A DNA stretch of 60,784 nucleotides from Thermoanaerobaculia bacterium (GTDB lineage Bacteria; Acidobacteriota; Thermoanaerobaculia; Multivoradales; UBA5704). The translations under genes and the position numbers were made by a program. Below are positions 50,325 through 59,519 of this stretch, one piece after another. The first letter of the stretch is position 1, and every line of letters begins with the position of its first letter. The notes beneath the pieces are model-generated. The model worked only from the letters and a program-made list of their open reading frames with translations. It had not been told where the DNA came from and ran no database searches. The stretch is taken from the NCBI GenBank assembly GCA_044226625.1, contig JBGAGQ010000036.1, positions 1-60,784 of the forward strand, read 5' to 3'.

Positions 50325-51887
50325 CTAGGCCGTTCCGAACCATCGGGCCAACGCGTCGGCGAGGCCCGCCCACGTCCCTTCGCCCACCCACGCCACGACG
50401 CCGTCGGGCCGGATCAAGACGGCGCTCGGAGCGGCGACCTCGCCGAGCGCGGGAAGCTCCCACGGTCCCTTGTGCTCGGCGGCGGCAAAGCGCACCCGAT
50501 CCGCCCAGGGAGAGAAGTCGAAGCTCTCGAGTCCGTCCGCAGAGAGGCGAGAACGCAAATCGAGCAGGACCGGCCGCGCTTCGTGGAGCAGCGTGAAAAC
50601 GCGCACCGCACCCTCGACGGTGACCAATTCGAGATCGGGCATGCGGCGACCGAGCAGCGGATGCCCCTCGCCGAGGTCGTAGCGAAGGCCGAGGCCCGAT
50701 AGCTCCGCCGCGAGACGCTTGCGTGGCGAGTCCAACGGGAGGATCTCTGCCAGGATCTCGCGCAGCGCCGCGGTGCGATCGTCGGTGCGGTGGATCGCGA
50801 CCTGGGCCATCGTGAGCCGCAGGACGCGCGCCCCGACCGGATGACGCTCGGCTTGGTAGGAGTCGAGAAGGCTCTCTGGCGAAGTTCTCCGGACCACCTG
50901 TGCAAGCTTCCAACCCAGGTTGAAGGCGTCTTGCACGCCGGTGTTCAGGCCCTGGCCACCGATGGGAGAGTGCACGTGCGCGGCGTCGCCCGCGAGCAGC
51001 ACGCGGCCGGCACGGTAGGTGGCCGCCTGCCGCGACGCATCGGTGAACCGGGAAATCCAGGTCGCTTCATGGACGCCGTAATCGGTTCCGCAGACCGCGA
51101 GGAGCGCCTCCCGCAAATCCTCGAGAGTTGGCTCGGCTTTCGACCCGACCCGCGCTTCGGGCACCATCACCCGAACCGGGCCGACGTCCTTGAAGATCAC
51201 CTCGCCATTCTTGATCTCGTATTCGATCCGGCCGAAAGAATGGACTCCCGCCTGCGTGCGATGGATACCCATCGGCGGCATCTCGGTCACCTCGACCTCG
51301 GCGATGAGGTTGCTGCTCGTCGCCTCCCAGCCGGGAAAGTCGATGCCCGCCACCTTGCGGACCACGCTTCGTCCGCCGTCGCATCCGACGAGATACTCCG
51401 CCCGTAGGCGGCGCCCCCCGGATAGATTCACGTCCACTCCGAGGTCGTCCTGCTCGAACCCTTCCACCACGCTTTCGCGGTAGATCGGCACCCCCAGCTC
51501 TTCGACCCAGCCGGCGAGAAGGCGCTCGATGTGGTTCTGCCAGAGGGCGAGCCCGTAATTGTGCCGGGTGGGAAAATCGCTGATGTCCAACCGCGTCGCG
51601 CCGAATCCGGTCACCTGCGCCTTCTGCCCTTCGGCGAGGAAGCGGTCGACGATCCCCCGCTGATCGAGGATCTCCAGCGTTCGTGCCGAAAGCCCGCCCG
51701 CGCGCGCACCGACGAGCGCCTGGCTCGCGCGCCGCTCGACGATCGCGACGTCGATCCCGGCCAATGCGAGCTCCGCCGCCAGCATCAGCCCGGTCGGTCC
51801 CCCTCCCGCGATCACCACGGCATGTCCGGGCTCCGCGCCCGATTCGGCCCGCGGTTCGAAGTGCTCGGTGGCTCGTCGTTCACCCAT
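50325..51887 (-). CDS. FAD-dependent monooxygenase (PheA/TfdB / aromatic hydroxylase family)
   Basis: GGGPTG, GCDGGRSVVR, LAGDAAHVHSPIGGQGLN, C-terminal LIRPDG. Confidence 0.9.
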   Translation of the reverse strand: MGERRATEHFEPRAESGAEPGHAVVIAGGGPTGLMLAAELALAGIDVAIVERRASQALVGARAGGLSARTLEILDQRGIVDRFLAEGQKAQVTGFGATRLDISDFPTRHNYGLALWQNHIERLLAGWVEELGVPIYRESVVEGFEQDDLGVDVNLSGGRRLRAEYLVGCDGGRSVVRKVAGIDFPGWEATSSNLIAEVEVTEMPPMGIHRTQAGVHSFGRIEYEIKNGEVIFKDVGPVRVMVPEARVGSKAEPTLEDLREALLAVCGTDYGVHEATWISRFTDASRQAATYRAGRVLLAGDAAHVHSPIGGQGLNTGVQDAFNLGWKLAQVVRRTSPESLLDSYQAERHPVGARVLRLTMAQVAIHRTDDRTAALREILAEILPLDSPRKRLAAELSGLGLRYDLGEGHPLLGRRMPDLELVTVEGAVRVFTLLHEARPVLLDLRSRLSADGLESFDFSPWADRVRFAAAEHKGPWELPALGEVAAPSAVLIRPDGVVAWVGEGTWAGLADALARWFGTA

Positions 51888-52020
51888 TTCGTGCCTCCTT
51901 GTCTCGCCGGCCTTTCGGCGAAGGAGCGCGATGGTGCGGCACGGCACCCGCCTTGTGGCAAGCCCATGGGCGGGCGATAATGTAGAAGTGGGAAGGGACG
52001 ATGCTGCGGGGTCGGAGCCG

Positions 52021-52458
52021 GTGCGCGATGTTTTACCCCGCCGATTCGTCGTTCGCCGCACCCTCCGCTTCGCCGATTGCGACCCCGCGGGCATTGCGTT
52101 CTACCCGCGCCTCTGCGGTCATATCAATGACTTGGTCGAAGACTGGTTCCGGGACGGGCTCGGTTACGGATTCCCCGTCCTCCACGGCGAGCTCAAGCGC
52201 GGCATCCCCATCGTCCGCCTGGAGGTCGATTTCACAGCACCCGGTCTGATGGGCCAGGAAATCGACTGGAGCCTCGCCGTCCGCGAGGTCGGGCGCTCGT
52301 CGGTCTCGATCGAGGTCCGCGCCGATCCGGCCGAAGGCAAGCCGGTCCTCGTCGCGCAGGCGCGCCTGGTCCACTGCGACATGACGTCCGGCGCTCCCGT
52401 GCCGCTGGCGTTTCCGGACGAGGTCCGGGCGCGGATGGCGGAGTTCTCGATCGGCTGA
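52021..52458 (+). CDS. Acyl-CoA thioesterase (4HBT hot-dog fold)
   Basis: RFADCDPAGIAFYP motif; start uncertain. Confidence 0.85.
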   Translation: MRDVLPRRFVVRRTLRFADCDPAGIAFYPRLCGHINDLVEDWFRDGLGYGFPVLHGELKRGIPIVRLEVDFTAPGLMGQEIDWSLAVREVGRSSVSIEVRADPAEGKPVLVAQARLVHCDMTSGAPVPLAFPDEVRARMAEFSIG

Positions 52459-52529
52459 TCTCGTTCCGGTCTCATTCGGGAACCGCACGCCGGCACCGTC
52501 GATCCAATCGAGGCGGGGAGGGTTCCACG

Positions 52530-52952
52530 ATGGCCTTCGATCGAAACAGCCTCGGCTCGGCCGCTCCGGTGCGGGCGGAGATCAACGTTGCCCCGCTGGT
52601 CGATGTTTGCCTGGTCCTGCTGATCGTCTGCATGGTCATCACCCCGACGATCTGCGGCGGCCTCGTGGTTCGGGTGCCGCAAACCCGAAATCCTCGCTCG
52701 CTCGCGGCGGACGAGCCGCGGATCACGCTCTCGATCGAACGGACTGGCTTGGTCTATGTGAATTCCCGGTTGATCCCCGACGAGCGTTTGGACGCGACGC
52801 TCGCCGAGATCGCGGAGCTGGAGCCCGAGAAGAGGATCTTGATTCAGGCCGACCGCGAGCTGGCGTATCGCGACGTCCGCCGGCTCGTCGAGCGACTCGA
52901 CGCCGCGGGTTCGCCGCGCGTGGCGCTCGCGGCCGATCCACGGTTCCGCTGA
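52530..52952 (+). CDS. exbD: ExbD/TolR family protein
   Basis: AEINVAPLVDVCLVLLIVCMV TM with conserved Asp; IQADRELAY. Confidence 0.88.
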   Translation: MAFDRNSLGSAAPVRAEINVAPLVDVCLVLLIVCMVITPTICGGLVVRVPQTRNPRSLAADEPRITLSIERTGLVYVNSRLIPDERLDATLAEIAELEPEKRILIQADRELAYRDVRRLVERLDAAGSPRVALAADPRFR

Positions 52953-53013
52953 GCCCACGGCGGCAACGCAGATGGGATTGCGCGGCCGCAGACCGATTGG
53001 CGCGCCCGATAGG

Positions 53014-53209
53014 TCCGTATCCGGGGGTTCCACCTCCCATTCCGGGACCGCTGATCCCAAGCGGGGACGGATATTCCTATTCCGGGACAGATAGTCCTTT
53101 GTGGGGACAGAAAGTTCCTATTCCGAGGCCGACACCTCCCGTCACGAGGCCGCAGATCCCGTGTTGGGACCAATACTCTGATGCCGGGACAGAACTTCCC
53201 ATTCTGGGA
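53014..53209. repeat. Tandem array of ten imperfect TCCY-N5-GGGA palindromes, 20-21 bp period
   Basis: Units start at 53014, 53035, 53055, 53075, 53095, 53116, 53137, 53157, 53177 and 53197. Confidence 0.85.
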
Positions 53210-53299
53210 CGGAAAAATCGCGATCCGGCGCGGAGTGTCGCTTTCGCGCGCCGATACGGACGATCCGGCGCCGATCTTCTAAAGGGACGTTCAGTAGCC

Positions 53300-55018
53300 C
53301 TATTTCTGTTCGATCCGCTTCAAATTCTCCTGGGCGTTGGCGTCGCGCGGATTGATCTCGATCACTCGCCGCAGGAGCTCCACGGCCTCGGCCTTTTTGT
53401 TCTGGACGCTCAAGAGAATCGCGAGGTCGCTCATCGCCGCGGTGTTCTTCGGATCGACCGCGATTGCCCGGCGGAAGTCGGACTCGGCGTCTCCTGCGTG
53501 GCCGAGCGCCATCTGCACCGCTCCGTGCTGGTAGATCATGTCGGGATTCTGGGGTGCCTGGCGCAGGGCGGAGTCGGCCGCCGCGAGCGCCTCGGTATAT
53601 CGCTTGGAGGAAAGCAGCAGCCGGACTTCGAGCGCCCGGGCCACCAGATCGTCGGGAGCCGCCACCACGCGGCGATGGATCGCGGTGATCGCGCCCGCCT
53701 GGTCGCCGGAGGCCATCTTGCGCATCGCTTCCTGCATCTCGGGAGAGGCCGGGGCTGGAGCGGCGGCGAGGGTCGCGGGAGTGGCGGCGGGCGCGGCAGC
53801 GGCAAACTCCTGAGCCGCTTTCTCCGCTTCGGCGCGCGCCTGGGCGCGGCCCGCGGCGAGCTCCTGCGACTTGGCGAGGGCCGCCTTGCCCTCCTCGCTC
53901 CGCTTCGCCGCGTTGAGCGCCTCGCCATAGGCGCGGAACGCCTCGGGCGAGACGGGATTGAGCTTCGTCGCCCGCTCGAGGTAGGAAAGTCCCTCGGCCG
54001 CCCGGCCAGCGCCGATCAGCAACTGGCCGTATTCGATCGCCATCGCCGCTGCGGGGCGCGGATCGCCGATCGCCGCCGGATCGGCCGGCATCTTCTCGGC
54101 GAACGGCTGGAGCGTCGCGAGCGCACCGGCGGCGTCCTTGGTCTGCCGCTGCGCCCGGGCGAGCAGCAGGGCGACGGATGGGACGTTGCCCGCCTTCCCC
54201 TTGAGCAGCGTGAGCGCCTCGGCGGGAGAATCGGCGAGCAGGTAGGCCTCGGCCTGGGTGCGCGCGAGCTCCAGGTCCATCGCCGGCGGATGCTTCGCGG
54301 GGACCGACTGGAGCACGGCGAGCGCCGCGGGCCCGTCTCCCTTCTGGATCGCGACCTTGGCGCGGAGCAGGAGGATCGCCGGATCCTGGATGTTCTGGCC
54401 GGAGAGGAGCTGCTCCGCCTCGAACGGTCGCTCGAGCTGGAGCGCGAGCACCGCCGCGGTGAGCCGGGCCTCGCCGTCGCGCGGGCTGCGGATCGCCCAG
54501 GGGCGGAGGCTTCGATAGGCCTCGACGACCTGGCCTTCACGCGCGAGGAGCAGACCCAGCTCGCGCGAGGCGGGCGAGGCCGGTTCCTTCGACACGGAGA
54601 GCGCAAAATCGCGGCGCGCTTCAGGGATCTTGCCAAGCGCGAGCTCCGCCCGGCCGGCGTTGTAGAGCACGGAGGCGTCAGCGTCCGCGGCGGCCGCGAG
54701 CGGTCCCAGAATCTCCAGGGCCGGCTGCGGCTTGCCGGCGTCGACGTAGAGCGCGCCGAGCAGCGCGAGCAGGGGTGGCTGACCGGCGAGCTCGGCCTTG
54801 TGCGGCTCGAGGATCGCGAGGGCGCCGGCCGCATCTCCCGTCTTGTACTTCTCGATCGCGTCGTACACCGGCTTGTTGAGCGCGGTGCCCACGGGCGCCG
54901 CGCCCGGAGCGCCCGCCGGCTTCGGCGCTTGGGGCGCGGCGACCAACTGCGCCGCGGCGAACAGCCAGACGGCGACGACGGAAGTTACCTCGAAACGGTT
55001 CGATCGCTTCATGAGCAC
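53300..55018 (-). CDS. Exported tetratricopeptide-repeat protein
   Basis: Signal peptide, many TPR-like helical repeats. Confidence 0.85.
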   Translation of the reverse strand: MLMKRSNRFEVTSVVAVWLFAAAQLVAAPQAPKPAGAPGAAPVGTALNKPVYDAIEKYKTGDAAGALAILEPHKAELAGQPPLLALLGALYVDAGKPQPALEILGPLAAAADADASVLYNAGRAELALGKIPEARRDFALSVSKEPASPASRELGLLLAREGQVVEAYRSLRPWAIRSPRDGEARLTAAVLALQLERPFEAEQLLSGQNIQDPAILLLRAKVAIQKGDGPAALAVLQSVPAKHPPAMDLELARTQAEAYLLADSPAEALTLLKGKAGNVPSVALLLARAQRQTKDAAGALATLQPFAEKMPADPAAIGDPRPAAAMAIEYGQLLIGAGRAAEGLSYLERATKLNPVSPEAFRAYGEALNAAKRSEEGKAALAKSQELAAGRAQARAEAEKAAQEFAAAAPAATPATLAAAPAPASPEMQEAMRKMASGDQAGAITAIHRRVVAAPDDLVARALEVRLLLSSKRYTEALAAADSALRQAPQNPDMIYQHGAVQMALGHAGDAESDFRRAIAVDPKNTAAMSDLAILLSVQNKKAEAVELLRRVIEINPRDANAQENLKRIEQK

Positions 55019-55048
55019 GGTACTCCTTTGCGCTTCGGCGGCGAAGGG

Positions 55049-57271
55049 CTAGAGCCGGCGGAGCTCGCGGCTCTCCGGAAACTGGGTCTGGGCATAGCGC
55101 AGGAGGCGGCCGGCGCTTTCAGGGTCGCCGAGCACCCGCAGGGTGCGGACCGCCTCGCCATAGGCCGCGGGGGTATGGTTGGTCTCGGTCATCTTGCGCA
55201 GCATGCCCACCGCCTCTTCGGCGCGCCCCTGCGCGGCGTAGAGCGTGGCGAGCCGGCAATAGGTCGGCAGGGCGCTCGGGAACTGGGTGATCTCGCTCAG
55301 GAAGGCGTTCTCCGCCTCGGCCGAGCGTCCGAGCCTGGCGAGCAGGTCGCCGCGCAGGGCTTGGAGCCCCTCGTGCTTTCCACCACTCCGCGCGAGATCG
55401 GCCGCAGCCTCGTCGACGTTCCGGAGCGCCTCTTCGGTCTTGCCCTGTTTCTGGAGGAGCTGGGCGAGCGACACGAGCGGCTGGATGCGCGAGCCGCCTT
55501 TTTCGAGCGATTGGCGCACTTGCTTCTCCGCCCCGGCGTAATCGCCGCGCGCCTCCGCGATCTGGGCCATCAGGTCGCGACCCGCCGAGGGCGAGCTCTT
55601 CATGCCGATCTCGGCGTACTTCTCCGCCTCGTCCAGCCGGCCGAGCATGACCAGGACCGAGGCGGCACCGATCGCGATCTGCGGCGATCCGCCGGTCACC
55701 TCCATCGCCTTCTCGTACGCCTGGAGCGCCTCGCGCGGACGGCCGACGCGGGACTGGGCGACGCCGAGACCCACCCAGGCGTCGATCATCTTCGGGTTTT
55801 CCTCGACCAGCCGCGAGAGCTTCGGGATCGCTTCGGCGAAGCGCTGGTCGGCGACGGCCTGCATCGCCGTTCCGAAATCGGCGAGGCTTGCGATCCGGCT
55901 CTTCGGATCGGGCAGGACCGCCCCAGGGTCCGAGAGGCTGGTGCCTCCGAGGTAGCCGAGGGCGGCGAGCTTCTGCGAGGTCTCGGGATCGACCTCGGTC
56001 GGTTTGGCGAGCGGGCGCTCGATCTTTGCGAGCGCGTCGCGCATCTCGGCAAAGGCGCGCCGCTCGGAGCGCAGCACGTCGTTCTTCTCGCCCGGATCGG
56101 CGACTAGGTCGAACAGCTCGGGGGCCGGACCTTGGATGAGGTGGTGCGGCCCTCGAATGAGCGAGGTGAGCTCGTTCCAGCCCAGGTGGAGGCGCGGATA
56201 GAACGTCTCGGCGTAGATCGTCCTGGTTCCCGCGCTCGCCGCCGGCTCCTCCTTGGGCGTCTCGACCGGCAGCGGCCGGCCGTCGAGGTCAGGGGGGAGG
56301 GCTACGTCCGCGAGCTGGAGCACCGTCGGCGCGACGTCCACCAGGCCGACCGGCGAGGCGACCCGGCGGCCGCCCAGGCGGCCTTTCGGCAGCTTGAGGA
56401 TCAGCGGCACCTGGAGCGCCTCGCGGTAGAGCAGGATGCCGTGCTCTTCCTCGCCGTGATCGCCCAACCCTTCCCCGTGATCGGAGAGCAGGATCACCGT
56501 TGCGCGGTCGTAGATCCCCGCTTCCTTGAGCCCGTCGAGGAAGCGGCCGACGATCGCATCCGCCGTCGCGATCTCGCCGTCATACGGTCGCGCGTACTTG
56601 GACCGGAACGGCTCGACCGGCTCGTACGGCGTGTGCGGCTCGTAGAGATGCAGCATCAAGAAGAATGGCCCGCTCCCCTGCTTCTTCGCCCAGTCGAGGG
56701 CGAGCGAGGCGGTTTCTCCTCCGGGCCGTTGGCTGCGGCCGAGCGCCTCGCCCGTGCGCAGATCGATCGCCCCTTCGTAGTAGTCGAAGCCGGCAGCGAG
56801 CCCCGTCTCACCGCGCAACACGAAGCTCGAGATCGCGGCGCCCGTGGCATACCCCGCCTTCTTGAGCAGCAGGGGCAGGAACGGGTGCTTCGTCGCCTCG
56901 AACAGATAGCCGGTGTTGTCGCGCACGCCGTGATCGGCCGGATACTGACCGGTGAGGATCGAGGTGTGCGACGGCAGCGTGAGCGGGATCTGGCTGTAGG
57001 CGCGCTCGTAGACGATCCCTTCCTGGGCGAGCGAATCGATCGCCGGCGTCTCGATCCCCTGCGCGCCGTAGGCGGGCAGGTGGTCCGACCGGAGCGTGTC
57101 GATCGAGATCACGATCACCGGCGCGTTCTTCGCCGTGCCGAGGGTCGATCCCCCGCCGAGCCCGCAGCCGGCCGCGAACAGAGCGACCGACACCAAAGCG
57201 GCCGTCGCCGCCGGCAGGCCAGATCGCTGTAGTCCAAAGCGGGACGACGTCTTGCCGTGCTTCATCCTCAT
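55049..57271 (-). CDS. Sulfatase-like (alkaline phosphatase superfamily) hydrolase/transferase with C-terminal TPRs, probable lipoprotein
   Basis: Lipobox AAGC, IDTLRSD, TLPSH, HLYEPHTPY, SDHGE, TPR tail; start overlaps the upstream stop. Confidence 0.88.
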   Translation of the reverse strand: MRMKHGKTSSRFGLQRSGLPAATAALVSVALFAAGCGLGGGSTLGTAKNAPVIVISIDTLRSDHLPAYGAQGIETPAIDSLAQEGIVYERAYSQIPLTLPSHTSILTGQYPADHGVRDNTGYLFEATKHPFLPLLLKKAGYATGAAISSFVLRGETGLAAGFDYYEGAIDLRTGEALGRSQRPGGETASLALDWAKKQGSGPFFLMLHLYEPHTPYEPVEPFRSKYARPYDGEIATADAIVGRFLDGLKEAGIYDRATVILLSDHGEGLGDHGEEEHGILLYREALQVPLILKLPKGRLGGRRVASPVGLVDVAPTVLQLADVALPPDLDGRPLPVETPKEEPAASAGTRTIYAETFYPRLHLGWNELTSLIRGPHHLIQGPAPELFDLVADPGEKNDVLRSERRAFAEMRDALAKIERPLAKPTEVDPETSQKLAALGYLGGTSLSDPGAVLPDPKSRIASLADFGTAMQAVADQRFAEAIPKLSRLVEENPKMIDAWVGLGVAQSRVGRPREALQAYEKAMEVTGGSPQIAIGAASVLVMLGRLDEAEKYAEIGMKSSPSAGRDLMAQIAEARGDYAGAEKQVRQSLEKGGSRIQPLVSLAQLLQKQGKTEEALRNVDEAAADLARSGGKHEGLQALRGDLLARLGRSAEAENAFLSEITQFPSALPTYCRLATLYAAQGRAEEAVGMLRKMTETNHTPAAYGEAVRTLRVLGDPESAGRLLRYAQTQFPESRELRRL

Positions 57272-59424
57272 CCTCCGGCCTGCGCGAGCCAGCGGCGGGC
57301 CTTTTCGAGATCGGGTCCGAAGCGTGCCGGCGGCGCGGTCGCGACGAACCGTCGGAGCGCCTCGATCGCCTCGGCTTTCCGGCCGGCCTGCGCCGCGACC
57401 AGCCCGAGGTTGAACAGGGCGTCGAACTGGCGGGCGTCGAGGGCGACGGCTTTCTGCCAAGCGGCGAGCGCGCCCGCCGCGTCGCCCCGCTGATAACGGA
57501 TGACCCCGAGGGTGTTCCAGGAGATCGGCAGTTGGTCGTTCTCCCGGAGTGCCTGCTCGAGGCGTTGGCGCGCCTCCTCCAAGCGCCCCTGCCGCAGCTC
57601 GATGACGCCCAGGTTCTCGAGCGTCTTGGGATCGCGCGGAGCGGTCTTCAAAGCCTTCTCGAGCATCGCTTTGGCGTCGCCGAGCCGGCCGGCGTCGGCG
57701 TAGGCAATGCCTAGTGCGTTCTGCGTCGCCGGGTCGGTGCTCTCGGCGAGCGGCCGGAGGACCTCGACGGCCTCGGCGCCGCGACCGTTTTCCGACAGCG
57801 CGAGCGCCAACTGGCGGCGTAGCGATTCGCGGTCGACTCCACGGCGCAGGGCGGCCTGGAGCGCCTCGATCGCCTCGCCCGGACGCTCGAGCTGGCGCAG
57901 CGAGAGGGCGAGGTTCTCGTACGCCTCCGACATGGTCGGCCGCGCCGCGATCACCTGCCGCGCCAGGCGGATCGCCCCCTCGAAGTCGCCGCGGGTATAG
58001 CTCTCGACCAGGCTCTGGAGTTGATGGTCGATCTCGAGCAGGCGTTTCGGATCGTCGTCCGCCGTGTAGGTCGTCTTCGCCACCGAAGCGCCCGTCATGT
58101 AGCCGAGGCTGCGCAAGCGGGCGACCTCCTCGGCCGAGGCTTCCTGCTCTCGGCGTGGCGGCCAGACCGATTCGGGAGGCAGCCGCTTCGCGAGCTCGGC
58201 CTGCCGGCGGGTCGCTCCGGGCAGCAGGTTCTTCTCTTCCTTCGGGTCGGCGGCCAGGTCGTAGAGCTCGGGCAGAGGCAGCGAGATCCACTTGTCGCGG
58301 CCTGCGAGAACTCCCCGCAGGGGCGCCCAGCCCCGGTTCAGGTTGGTCGAGAGCGACTCGAAATAGGTCGAGAGGCCGGCCGGTTCGGGGAGCAGCAGCG
58401 AACGCCCCGGCAGCCCGGCGGGCGCCGGCAGGCCGAGCAGGCCGAGGATCGTCGGCACGAGGTCGACGTGGCGCGCCGGGCGGTCGTCGCGGCCTGGAGC
58501 GATTCCCTTACCCCAGAGCACGAGCGGCACTTTGAGCGTCGCCTCGTAGGCGAACAGGCCATGGGTCAGCTCGCCGTGGTCGCCGAGCGCCTCGCCATGG
58601 TCGGACGTGAGCGCCAGGATGGTCGGACGGGCCGGGTTCGCCTTGCCCGACAGCAGCGGTTCGAGCAGCGGCGCGAGGTACGCGTCCGTCGCCGCGACCT
58701 CCCCCAGATAAGGCCGCCCTTTGTAGCGCTCGGCGTACGGGGCCGGCGGCTGATAGGGCGCGTGCGGGTCGTAGAGATGAACCCAGAGAAAACGCTTCTT
58801 GCCGGCGTGCTTCAGCCACCAGGCGTTCGCCGCCCCCACCACCTGGTCGCCGCGGCGCTGGACCATCTCGAATCGGTCGGGATGGGTGCCCAGCGGGTAG
58901 GAGTCGTCGTAGACCGAGAACCCCTGGTTCAGTCCGAACCTCCGATCGAGCGGGAACGCGGCCACGAACGCCCCCGTTTCATAACCGGCCCGAGCGAGCA
59001 GGGTGGCGAGCGTCGGTACCCGCGGCGAGAGCGAGAACCCCGTGTTCTCGCGGACCCCGTGCCCGTACGGATAGCGACCGGTGAGGATGTTGGTGTGGGA
59101 CGGCAGCGTGACCACGTTGTGGGCATGCGCGAAGGTGTAAACGCGGCCCGCCCCCGCGAGACGGTCGAGCAGCGGCGTCTGGACGTCGCGGTTGCCGGAA
59201 AATCCGACCGCGTCGGCCCGCAGCGTGTCGATCGTGATCAACAGGACGTCGGCGCCCGAGGCGAGGCCGGCGCGATAGCCGGGAGAGCCGCCCGCGAGCG
59301 CCTGCGGGCTATCCCCCCCTCCGCCCTTGCCAAAGAAACGCCGAGCTCCCATCGCGGCGCCGAGTAGGGCGAACGAGAGGAGCGCGGCGAGCGCCCAGCG
59401 TGCGAGACGGGGAATGCGGCGCAC
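57268..59424 (-). CDS. Sulfatase-like hydrolase/transferase with C-terminal TPRs
   Basis: N-terminal anchor, IDTLRAD, TLPSH, HLYDPHAPY, SDHGE, TPR tail. Confidence 0.88.
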   Translation of the reverse strand: MRRIPRLARWALAALLSFALLGAAMGARRFFGKGGGGDSPQALAGGSPGYRAGLASGADVLLITIDTLRADAVGFSGNRDVQTPLLDRLAGAGRVYTFAHAHNVVTLPSHTNILTGRYPYGHGVRENTGFSLSPRVPTLATLLARAGYETGAFVAAFPLDRRFGLNQGFSVYDDSYPLGTHPDRFEMVQRRGDQVVGAANAWWLKHAGKKRFLWVHLYDPHAPYQPPAPYAERYKGRPYLGEVAATDAYLAPLLEPLLSGKANPARPTILALTSDHGEALGDHGELTHGLFAYEATLKVPLVLWGKGIAPGRDDRPARHVDLVPTILGLLGLPAPAGLPGRSLLLPEPAGLSTYFESLSTNLNRGWAPLRGVLAGRDKWISLPLPELYDLAADPKEEKNLLPGATRRQAELAKRLPPESVWPPRREQEASAEEVARLRSLGYMTGASVAKTTYTADDDPKRLLEIDHQLQSLVESYTRGDFEGAIRLARQVIAARPTMSEAYENLALSLRQLERPGEAIEALQAALRRGVDRESLRRQLALALSENGRGAEAVEVLRPLAESTDPATQNALGIAYADAGRLGDAKAMLEKALKTAPRDPKTLENLGVIELRQGRLEEARQRLEQALRENDQLPISWNTLGVIRYQRGDAAGALAAWQKAVALDARQFDALFNLGLVAAQAGRKAEAIEALRRFVATAPPARFGPDLEKARRWLAQAGG

Positions 59425-59519
59425 CGGTCGTGTCTCCGTGGTCTTGGCGATCGATGCGGCCGGAGCCCGATGACGCGATACCCCGTCTCGCGGGTGGGCG
59501 GCGGAGGGGACGGCCTCGA

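Noticed and set aside
53014-53209. CRISPR array interpretation of the 20-bp repeats
   Set aside because: Units are too short and degenerate, there are no 25-40 nt unique spacers and no cas genes in the window.
52607-56107. 1166-aa plus-strand ORF and similar long ORFs (45142-47907, 27343-29400, 19168-20916, 35791-37875)
   Set aside because: Antisense or alternate-frame shadows of clear genes, Arg/Gly-rich with no motifs; expected in high-GC DNA.
55049-58291. 1080-aa ORF-track version of the second sulfatase-like gene
   Set aside because: The extension overlaps the upstream paralogue in another frame; the real start is near 57271, where the signal peptide begins.
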